Shown in pieces: positions 39,091 through 51,000 of a stretch of 64,000 nt of DNA (the stretch's first letter is position 1; every line of letters begins with the position of its first letter). Made by a program: the position numbers and the translations under genes. The stretch is taken from IMG/VR virus record IMGVR_UViG_3300009481_005157. One strand, given 5' to 3'. Below the pieces are notes generated by a model, which saw only the letters and a program-made list of their open reading frames with translations, ran no database searches and was not told the origin of the DNA. The stretch comes from an uncultured virus (IMG/VR IMGVR_UViG_3300009481_005157). Its lineage: Duplodnaviria; Heunggongvirae; Uroviricota; Caudoviricetes.

Positions 39091-42000
39091 TATTTACCCC
39101 TAACTCTTAAATTCAAGTTTTCCGTAGTCTGGGTGCTCACAACGTTCATGTTTAACGAATTGTTAGCGGAACCGCTAGGAGCCGTAATGTATAGTGGCAT
39201 GTCCCCACTTGGCGTTCCGCTCGCTCCGGCAGTCCTCAAACTCATATTATTATACACATATGCAGAAGGAGCGCCTGATAACATCATATTCATTGCGCCA
39301 GTTGCAGTAACAGGTTTTCCAACAGTTATCAGGTCTAAAGACGCGCTTGTGAAGTTGCCTCCAGCGTAGTCCCCAATCACATGCTCTATAAATGGTCTGT
39401 GAGCTACAAAGCCTTTTGTGGCAGGATCAAAACCAGAGGCCTCTACGTATAAATCTCCGTGCTGGTTGGCGAAAACTATGCCTGAAGTATAGTGCTCTTG
39501 CGGTCCACCTGTAGTATTCTGGTAAACCCTACTAAGTAGCATATTTCGCCCATCTTCCGTCTTCGCTCCAAATATCTTAACATCGATCCAGCTTCCTGAG
39601 TTTGGTATAGCTGGTGTCTGCTCTCTCAGCATCGCATCGTATGTGAATGCAGCTCCAGCGTCTGTTACTCCACTAGATATGTGGTTTCCGCTAGTCGGGT
39701 GGTCGTGGAAGGGGCTTCCAACAACTAATGTATAGTCGCTATCGCCTCTCTCTGACCTGTACACGGACACAGATTTTCCAAAGTTGTCATTTTCATTACC
39801 GCTGGCCTTCAGGTTGTCTGCTACAAACACACTTCCTGAATTGGAGTGATATCCGTGGGCAACGAGTTTTTCTCCATACGTCCACTGTTTTGATCTCTTA
39901 GACCAGTCCACTATGCTATGTCTAAATCCAAATGCTGCACCTCTATTAAGTACAACAACTCCGCTACCAGAGAACCTTGTTCTATTTCCAGAATCTCCCA
40001 AGTCAAAATATTGATGTAGTGGAGTATCGAACTCTGGATTAAAGCTTTTTCTCTGGAAGGCTGTGTTGAGGTTGTTGGTCACAACGGCTCCGCTATAAAT
40101 ATGATCGTGCAGTGTCTCAAAATCGTGATTCGGTGCGCCAACTACCAGCATATCAGCGTCAACAGCCACTGAGTAGCCAAACTGATCGCCTCTTCCAGCG
40201 TGTGCTAAAACAAAGTCGCTATTAAGGTCGTGATTCCCGTATACATTTTGCAGATGTGAAACTGTGCAATTGTCTATCCCTACATTTAAGCTGCTAGGCT
40301 TGATCTTTTGTATGAACTCCCAAGGTAATTTTTCGCTAACTACATTCCTTCCGCTTCCGGTTTTTTCAAAGTAGAATACCGCACCAGCTCCGCCATTCTG
40401 ACTGACTGATATACCAGACCTAAATGGATCATTCTTAACCTCGTGCCACTGAACTATACCGCTGGTTCCACTGGCTACATTTTCAGAGATGAACCCATTG
40501 AATGGAGTCCCTACGACAAGCTTCTCGTTTGACAGGTCTACGGAGAACCCAAACAGATCTCCCGGACACCCAGAAGTAAAGTAGTCGAAATCTAGATAAT
40601 CTTGACCATTATGCACTTTCATAAGATCATTGACCCCGCCTATCTTACCCGCGTCTAGCAGGAAGTCCCTCTCTGAGCCATCGATGACATACAAGCCTTT
40701 ATCTAAGAAGTCTCCGCTGAACCGGGGGAAGTTTGCATAGCTGGGATATACGCTCTGTGTAAAGTATTTAACTTCCTGAGCAATCTTGAGTCCTGTTTCG
40801 GGATCTTTTGGTCTGTATACATCTGCTGGATGTCGTGTATCTTCATCGTCTATGTATTTTGAAACGTCCGTCGAGGCTCCTCCACCATAGAGAGGTGGTA
40901 CGGTGTTGTCTATGCCCCTAGCAGCATAGTACTTTCCTGCACTTCCTCTCTCTGGAGCACGAAGCTTCTGTGTGAATTGGAACTGTCTATTCGTACTCAC
41001 AAGATCAAAATCAAACCCTAGATCACGCCTATCTCTCTTGTCAGGACTGACTGGGTAAAGGCTTCTAATGAAACCTTGATTTTCACCAATAGAATCGTTT
41101 CTGTAGTGTGGACATTGCCCTTGTATTATTGTAGAGTCGGAGATGACCACTATCTTCGACCGCCTGTATCCATTTTTACCATCGGAGAAATGTTCAAACT
41201 CTTCCGCTGCCACAATTGGGCCGTCTTCAATTTCTTCTTCGCCTCTTGGTGGACAGCAATTCTTTGGATCTTCATCGCAAGGCGGAGCATCTTGAGGGCA
41301 GTATTCCTCACTCGGATGCTTGATGGGTCTAAATTCTCCCGGTATCACACCGCTAGCTGCTGGAATTGTAGTACATTCCTCTCGACAATCCCAACCAATT
41401 TGACGCCTCTTGGTGACAGGCTTATTGACCACACTTCTCTCTATTGGTAGCGGGAACCCAGATATCCCTATAACGCTGACTGTTTGTGGGAGACCAAACT
41501 TTTCTGAGTCATGTTTTGGATTCTTTATACCTCCAGAGGACAGTTTCAGTCTGTTAGTGTCAAACACCACCTGCATCTTACCATCTTTGTGCGCCCTAAC
41601 GTCCAGATAAGCTGATTGCGGGGTTGCGACATCCGTTTGTACCAGTCCTCCAGCCCCACCTTGTGGGTCATCAAGATTTCTATTAAAGTACCTTATTATC
41701 CCAGCATCATTCAGCTTCTCTGTTTCGGTGCAATCTATGTCATGTATCTGCTGGACATACGCATCAATTGGGTATTTTTCATTCTTAGTCTCAGAAACCC
41801 ATTCAACAAAGACTCGATAGCCAGAGCCAGCCTGAACATCAAACTCGGCTGTCGCGTTGCCCTCTATGTACCAAGTATTATCTTTAGTTACTACTGGGCA
41901 TTCGTCTTTGATTTGCTCGTCGTACCATGCTAATTTTTTGTATGGCCCGCCTCCAGATATCGGAATAAAGTCCCATTGCGATTCTGAGCCGCCAGACTGA

Positions 42001-45000
42001 TCGTCGCCTTGGAAGTTCTCTGGCTCTTCCCATCTCATAGAAATCTTACCAACGGAGGTTCTGTCTTTGGTATTGTAATTCTTTTGCCATAGGTAGCCGT
42101 TATCACAACCATCGAAGATGTCGGAAGTTGAGTCCACCTGCTGGGAAGCGACATCCTTGTCTCCATAAGGACAGCAATCTTGTTCGTTAGAGTGCTTGAT
42201 AGTGTCCCGACCGGCTTGAACAAAGTAGTCGCCCTTGCAAGGTCTTGAAAATGGCCTACTGTGTAAGCCAAGTTTCTCGCAAAGTACTGATACGTTATTG
42301 GCGTATTTTTGTCTTTTCTTGATATCCCAAGCGGAGTAGGTTATAACGAGCTTTTTGTCTCCGTTCTTCAGCCAGTTCTTTAGTACGCTTATGTCGTCGT
42401 CTGTTGGAACACCGTCTGGATTAGCCACCCAGACCGTATCTGTCACCTCAACAGAGTCTATGTCTGTACCAACACTATAAGCACCATCTTCCGTCACCCT
42501 AAACCCAAAGGATGTTAGTTTAGACTTTAAAATGGACTTGCCGTACGCATCTGCGAACGAGGATCTGTTTGTCCAACCTCCGAGCTGAACAATGTGTCCC
42601 GGTGACTCACAGCTCTTCTTGGCAATGTTAGTGTAGAAAGACAGATTCTGGTCATCGTTTCCGCCGAGCAGTAATGGGTCTCCTCCTCCATCAGAGAAGC
42701 TGGTGTTGTTTTCACCATTGGTTGATGCTAATATAAACACTCTATTGTTATTGTCAACATCTTCACCAGCATCATCTTTGAATATATAGGGTTCTTCTAG
42801 TAAAAGAATAGACTCCTTGGAAAGTACAGGATGATCAAATGTAACTTTTACATCCTCTCTGACCGCCCCGACACCCTTGATTATAGCATCCCTACCGTTA
42901 ATAGGGTCGGGGTCTACAAATCCACCCTTATTGTTGGTCATCTGGAAATCTTCAAAAGTACCTACAATCGCTGAATTATTATCTCCAGAAGCGGAGAGGA
43001 ATATATTTGGAAGTGGATCATCTGCAAATTCACATGTTTCTACATATCTGTCTACCTTGTAGTATTCCCAGATTGGATCACATACTTCTTCACAGAAAGT
43101 CTCCTCTGGTCTAAACCAGTATTGGTCAGGTAGGAACTCAGCCGCCGTTAAGATCGGGACTATATCCTGATATGGCCTTCTGATTTTGGGGTTTGGTGCC
43201 TCTGGGTAGTCCTTGCAACCCTGTGCTGGATTCGTGTTTTCAAAGTGGAAGGGCCAGTTTGTTTTGTACTTTATCTTCCTCGGGTTTTCTCCGGCTGACA
43301 AGCATTCGGAATTCCACTGTGCTCTGACATCACCTAGGTGTCTAATTGGTAGATTGCACACATCGGCATTTTTATCGTCACAAGGTGCCGTCTCTACATA
43401 ATCTTCTAGCCCCAAACCAGATATATCAATGACTATCTTGCCTACACCCTTGGCGAACATGTTGTTTCGCTGAATTTTTGAATCGAAGGTTTTTGTGTGT
43501 GCGTATTTAGGTACAAACGACTTTGTAACATTCCACCTGTCGTTGACTACCTCCTCTGCGGTCTTGCACTCTTGTAGGGACTCATATTTGGTGTCGGCGG
43601 GCTTGATCCTCATTCTGGAACCAAGTTTTTCCAAGAGATTATTGGCTATATCGTTTGACTCTCTGTAAAGGCCATCCTCTTCCCACAGTGGATCATTGCC
43701 GACTATGACTAATGTTCTGTCACCAAGTGCTAGCCAATTTTTAATATTGTCAACGATTTCGTCGCTGGCTGCGTCTAGCTCTGGTGTAATGATAAATGCC
43801 AGTCCCGCATCTCTTGGGATTTCTATCTCTGAGAATCCCATTCTTCTGAATGGTCTATTGTCCTGACTGAAGTAGGAACCCATTCTATCGTAAGAACCCT
43901 GCTCTCGTAGATCCTCGTGAACAGACCTGTCGAGGTTACCAAACCGCGTGAACTCAACAATGCCACTATGAGGCGCGTACACTTTTGCCTCAAACATACG
44001 GACGGCGCCAGCGTTTGTGTAAGACGCAAAGGTCTCACTAGACCCCTTTGTGTACCAAACGTTCGTGTCTTCAAAGAGGTTTGTGGAATCTGTTGGCGCC
44101 CCAAAGGCAATAATGTCTCCATTATCGCTAACAGATGTGCTATAACCCAGTCGTGATGTACTTTGGAAAGCGTCCGCAATAAATCTCCAAGTACCAGTAG
44201 AAGTAATATCACTGTACTTATAATTGAATATAGGCTTGTAGAGTTGAATGGTCTCCTGACCCTCTGTTTTCCAGAAATTCTCATCTGTTCTAAGCCATAG
44301 TTTATTGGTATGCGAAAGCTCGTGGTATACTTGCTTTTGTGCTATGTCTGTTCCAGACTCCCTGACCAAGTTTGTATATCTGGCCATAGGGGTGTCTAAG
44401 TTTCTGTAGTTTATCCAGCCACTGATGTTATTATACATCCTCGTGTTTTCTGCGTCCTGCCTTTCGTAGATCTCGCAGGGGACGTGTGTATATGGGGAAC
44501 CGATGGATATTATTGACGTATCTTTACTTATACCAACCGAGTGGCCAAATCTGTCATTGTATTGTGTCGCACTCAGTAGGTGATCAGTTCCAACGGGATC
44601 ATTGTTATTACGAGTCACGTCTCTTTCGCTATGCGAAAGAATTTCCTGAACACAGTTGAATTTACCGCTTTCTTTCTCAAATATAAATACTCTACCGCCG
44701 GATGCGGGCGGAATCTGGAATTCGTTAGCGTCGGATTTTGCCCACTGTTGTCCAACCCCACTTGTGATAACGCTAAGTAGTGGGTAATCTGTATTTGTAA
44801 ACTTGGTATTTATTAAGTAGCCAGAATCAAGCGTGTTGTTTATAAGGGTCTTGGATGTCTCAGCCCAATCTTCCGACTTGTAGGCCTCAACTTTGACGTG
44901 TCCAGACACTGCCGCTGGAACTTCTGGATTAGCTGTGCCACTAGCAAAGCTGTACTCTTTGTAAAACTCTATAAAGTCATCAATAACATCTTCGTTGGTG

Positions 45001-48000
45001 TCTTTCATCTGGAAAGCTCCACCAAACTCAGTACTACCGCTTTCGTCCCTGAATATGCCCATTATTGGCGGTATTCCACTGTGCGGCTTATATGTTGATG
45101 GGTAGGGGAATATCTCTTTGAATGCTGAAACTATTCCGCTATACATGGAGTTGTATACATTTCTTTCGCCAAAGTCGTCGACAAGGCCGTTGTCATCCAT
45201 CCTGTTGATGTAGTGATGTCTGAAAAAGCTTTTGTATTTATCGGGTACTGCGGGGGTCTCGTCATCGTGATTTACAAGCTGGAATACCAGTATCTTGACA
45301 TCGAGACTCGCTTGGAATTCGTTGGCGGTGCCAGCGTTCCACGGTGCAGAGAAATATTTATACAGGTGTTCCCATCTCTTGCCGGTATTCCCTATACCCT
45401 TTATCTTGGAGTCTTCGTATGAGAACTTATCTACAAACACAGCCATGCAGGATGTGATGCCGGAGGATTTTATCTCAGGGAATTGTCGTGACCAAGCTGC
45501 AAATGGAGCACCAGCAACGATAGTTTCCCTGTCTCCGGAAACACCGATGTCTAAGGAGCTACCAAGCCTTCTGCCTTCCTGACCCACATTCCACTTTTGC
45601 CCAGATATTGTGAACTGATCAAACTTCAGTACCTCTTCTATTACTTCACTGACGTAATCTCTTCTAAAGCCAGATGGAAGCATGAGTTTATCTTCCATTT
45701 GCCATGAAGCCTTCTCACCGGCTACGTCTGTATCTCTTCTGTATAGGAATAGAGAACCCGCATCCGGTATTGCGTATCCGGAGGCATCTGGCACTTCTAT
45801 TCTGGTAGAGGCTACAACCATAAGATCGTCAGTCACCGCCACTGTCTGACCGAAGTTATCCGCTACGTTCCTGCCGGAATCTGGCGTGATAGAGGCGTTA
45901 CCACTCATGTATGGATAATCACCTACCAGTTTCACACCTGAATATACAATGTCGGTATCGCAATCTCCATCGCCTTGGTCTCCGCTTCTCCAGTTAGGAC
46001 CGCAAGTTCCATATTCCCATTCTTCAAAGTCTCTGGGGATCTGAATTGAATCTGTAGAACCGGTCGTGACCTTGAGAGTCGACTGGTAGGGAGCATTTGG
46101 AACAAGTCCAGTATATTTTCTAAACCCGTAGTAATTACCGCTGTAGCCATAGCCTCCAGAGAAATTAATTGCTCCGGAATTAGTGTAAGTCTCAACCGCT
46201 CTAAAGATACCACCATCGTTACATGTTTCTGGTCTCCAGACCGTTTCGTCTGTGATTAAAGCCTTATCTATAGCTTTTCTAGGACTATCGCTATCGCAAG
46301 CTCCATAGCCAATTAGGTCTACTCCGCGAATTTCATTGCTGATATCCAAGGCCGAGAAGTCATTGTCTCTTTGGTCTATCCCAACCCCGTAATTTTGATT
46401 AAACCATCTTAGGTATACAGAGCCAACACCTCCGTAATTAGGTATGAACAGGTTAACCCCAAGGCTCTTGTCTCCGCCATCCGAGCTAGAACCTGTCGTA
46501 TGCTCTGAGGAGGCTATACTGGTGACGCCATCACCAGCATAAGCTGTTAAGTTCAATGTGCCTGAAGATATAAATTGATTGTTGACTATAACGAGTGGCA
46601 TCGTTACTTCTGGCAAATTGCTGGTCAGAGGTGCAGAGCCTAAGATGTATACAGGCATATTTCCAGAGGATGGACTTAGACCGCCCTTGATATTGTTCTC
46701 AAGCCTGAGCTGCATCGAGGTGAACATGCCGCCGTCAACCCCAGAGTGGGCAAATACATTTAGCGGCAATAATTGGCCACTAGGTGTATCGACCAATCCA
46801 TCGTTTGCAACTGAGAGTGGCATCTGCACAGAGGAAGTGCCATTACCGTTTGTTATAAGGTTGAATGACCCACTGCCGTCAACAACAACATCGCAACAGC
46901 CACTAGTGAGCAGTGCCATTCCCGGAGGATTCCAAGAACTATCGGCGACACCGATAGCGATAGCGTGTAAGCTCATGCTACCGTCGCGTCGGAAGGTTCC
47001 GCTAGCATTTAGTTGCAGTCCCGACTCATGAATAAGTACCGGGCCAAACGTATTTAAATTCAGCGTGCCGCTATCTTTAGGTGCTTTTGACAATGTGTGT
47101 AAATTAACGGAGGCTTTGAGTGTGTCTGTACATCCGCTGGCGAATAAGTTAAAGCTACCCGAGTTTGGTGTGCAGGTAACGAACGCATCGTCCATTCTAA
47201 CGTGAGCACTATGGACATCAATGTTAGAGTCAAAAGGTCCACCAGAAGGATAGATCAGGTCGTACTGCAAGAACATATCATCTACGTCTTGTGAATAATA
47301 CTTTTCAGTAAATTCAGTGAGCCTAGGTTCTTGGGGGAACAGTGACCATTGTTCCGATTCGTCTATCAGGTTTTGATAATCAAACTTGCTGCTTAATTTC
47401 ATCATGCAGCTTGACGGTTTTATGTAGTGTATAGCCCTGTTTACCAGACCCCAGTTAGACTCATTGGGAGTCCAATACGGCTCCTTCTTCTTTGTGTAAA
47501 GACTAACGACAAGTCGTGGGCCTGAGAAATGATCTTGGTGTGAGTGCTTGTGTTCCGAGCATAGGTCAAATGTGGTAGGTCTACATTCTGGCCACTCTAT
47601 GCCTCCACTAGACCTGTGTTCAATCACTGTATCTACGACCAGTGCCTCATCGGCAAAGACATAACCAATGGGAAGATCTTTAGTTATTCTCTTGGCTACT
47701 GAGTAGAAGTTGTCCGATGTATCGCTGAGATGGAATCTCAGGAAGTCATTTTCTATCTGCGTATGATAGGAAACGCCGCTACTGACGGTGGATGGCCAAG
47801 AGCTTAGGGAGAGGCCGTTTTGGTTTTCGTATGGGACACCACTACTTCTCAGGTGGAAGCTGATCAAGTCTTTACCAGTTCTTTTTCCGGGTCTACTGGC
47901 AAGGCTAGAGAAGCCAATGCCAAACTCACGGTTCTGGAAGCCGCCTAAGTTCCAATCGGAATATGTATCCTCATCTACATAATCCCACAGTTTGTAAGTA

Positions 48001-51000
48001 TCGTTACTGCTTGGCTCTCCCGGCTCGAAGAATTTGACTCTGTGACTTTCAAGAAACTTCTGAGCAGTAACTTGCTTGTAAGTTGCGTCTGCATTGGTTT
48101 CTACAATATTCGTACCAGAACCGTACACGCCACTAGTCCAAGTAGAAATACCAAACTCTGACAGCAACATGTTCATACCAACGCCCGAACCGTCAGAATG
48201 GCCGACGATCAAGTTGGCGCTGTTGGTGTGTTTTGTAAACTGTGCAGATGAAGCGCGTAGATTGCTCCAAACTCCAGAGTGTAATTCATTATCTGTGTAG
48301 AGTTTTAGTTTCTTGCTTGAGTGATCATTATATGTTAATATAACAGAGAGTGGATATTGGTAGCCACTATATTTGACAGTGTCTTTAACGCTGATAGTCG
48401 TTCCGTCGATAGCCTTCGCGTAACCACAGAGGTATCCATCGTCATAACCCAACGCAAAGTCCATGTCCGAGGCGGTTGACCATTTAGAGAGGAGAACGCC
48501 GGATTGGAACAGGTCATAGCTAGTACCGGAAGCATCCACATCTGGCGTAAACCTTGTGAATACCGAGAACCCGCCGGAGGCATCAATGTTGCCAAAGTTA
48601 ATATTTTGATTATGGCCGGATACTCTAACGATATTATCAAATGCGTCTGCGATGTGACCATACAGTTCGTGCTGTGAACCAACGCCCAATGCCCAGTCAC
48701 TCGTCCTGTAGGCGGCGGCGGCGTCCACATGTGCAGGAGCCTTGGAACTGAATAGGTTCTGGCTCTTGAATCTCCAGCCTACGTTCTTGTATTTTTCTGG
48801 TGTGACGTTGAATAGTCCGCTAGCCCCTCCATACCCTTCACCTAGCGTTCTGGACTTGACGTATTTGCCTTCCACATAGTCAAAGTTAAAGAATCCTGAT
48901 AAGAATGGGAACTCAAGCAAAGGATTGTTAAAGCCAAAGCTAAACTGGTCTGTGTCAAACGGACCTTGTACAGTACCTTCAAGGCCTCTCCACCTTCTAG
49001 AGTAATTACTCTTTATACTAGAGGGTGTGGTGTAAGCGTGAGGTATGTTTTCTATGGTAGATAATGGGTTGTATCCAGAGCCAGCATTTATAATACTGTC
49101 ATTTGACTGCTTTGTTGTCGGGAATATCTTGCCCTCACCTCTGCCGTCCTGTATTTTACCAAGACATTCTCCGCCTTGTACGCTAAGTTTAAGTCCAGCT
49201 TGGGGCGCATATCTAACTAGAAGGTGGGCGCTGGCGATTGCAGCACCGCTTGGTAGCGGGTAAATATCTAAGAACAAGTGCTCAAGCATGGAACTGACGT
49301 TGTAGTTCCTAGACAGCCCTATCTCTACATCGTCTGGGTATATCTTGAGAGGTATCTCGTAATCTGCAAACTCTGTGGTATTTACGATAGGGTAGTTTGT
49401 AAGGGAGTAGTGATCCCCGCCAAGGTTACCACTGGTTTCCAGATACTTCTCTCTTTCAGAAATACTTCTGGTGGATAAAGCTAAGTCATCGCTATTTGAC
49501 TCAAAACCGGATATTACTGGGTGGTTTCCATCGCTACCTATTATCTGGTTATTTATCTGTACCGACATGGGATTCTGAAGGAATCCGCTTGGAGCTTTCG
49601 TTACGTTGAGTAGCTTGTCATCGCTCCAGCCAACCACATCTAATACGTAATCACGAGAACCAGATGCTTTCTTGGCCTTGATTTTTAATGTAATGGACTC
49701 TATTTCCATGTAGTTATGATCAACGCCCGCTGGCACTCTAGTCTCAGTGTTGAACGCTCCACTGGGATTAAACCATATCGGACAATTATTTTGATCAAAT
49801 CCACAACCAAATGCACCTTCAACTATCTCATTGACTTCCCCTCGACCATACCCAAACTTCATAATCATTTTGCCGGAATCGAGATGTGGCCCGATAGTCT
49901 GAAGCTCGGCGTAGTCTAAGACGGAGTCTCTCTGTAGGGCTTTAACTATTTGCTCGGAGCCGCAAGTGTCTAGGTTATTACCAAGCACAAGGCTGCTGGG
50001 GCCATTCTTGTGATTCCATACACTGCTGACTGCGGGGAAGATACCGCTATTGTGAACGTCAGCCAGTGCGAAGAATGATGGCAGGATCTTCTTCTCTAAT
50101 CTTCTGCCTTTGGACGGCACATCTAAGAATAGGTTAAAGTAATTTTCTCTTCTCGGACCCGTTGAATCTCCAAGCCAAGAACCTCCGCTGTTGCAAATCT
50201 CGATAGCGGAAATCCTGATACCTTTAGTAGGGTTGATCAGAGACTGATCCTGTGTAGCGAGTGGGGCACCGTCCAGCGCTAAATAGTCGTCTTCAGTAGC
50301 ATACGTTGTATGCATTACGTAGTCTTCTTCAAAGCCTTCGCTGAAGCCTTGGTCAAACGCATCGTCTCTTGGTGTGACCTTGACATCAAAGGACATTCGA
50401 TAGCCGGATATTTCATGGGTATAGGGGGTTTCCCTCCTCTCCCAGTCATATTCGTCAAAGACATTGGTTTTGGGTTTAAGAGAATATGTAGAGAAGTTTC
50501 CGATTGTGTCAGCATTAGAATAATCTACATCTCCAAATAATGTAATGTCCTCATACTGAACCATCAAATTACCGGACGGGTCAAGGAACTTTACATTCTT
50601 GATTTCGTATATGGGCGCAATCCTTGACTCATAGTTTGTGAGGGGGGCGGATGCTCTAATTCTGAAGGTCGTGTTTTCCGGTCTTATGTGGAAATTTGTA
50701 AGCTCACTTTTATATTGGAACAAACCTTCTGTGTGGAAAGTATTGGGAGTAATCCATGTGTCCTGATCAGAAATGACAGAGCCTTTTCCGAGATGCTTAT
50801 GGTAGTCATCCCCAATTATAACCCCTTCGTCGATTTGGGTGTAAAGAGTACCACTCTCTAGGTTTTTATCTACGAACCCTAGCATACCAGCGTCTATTTC
50901 TAGATCACCGCTGGGGTAGAGTTTTTCTAAGCATTTATATTCGCCAAAGTTGCCAGCAAACTTGTCTAGGAATGTTGGAGACAAAACAGCCGCAGGATCA

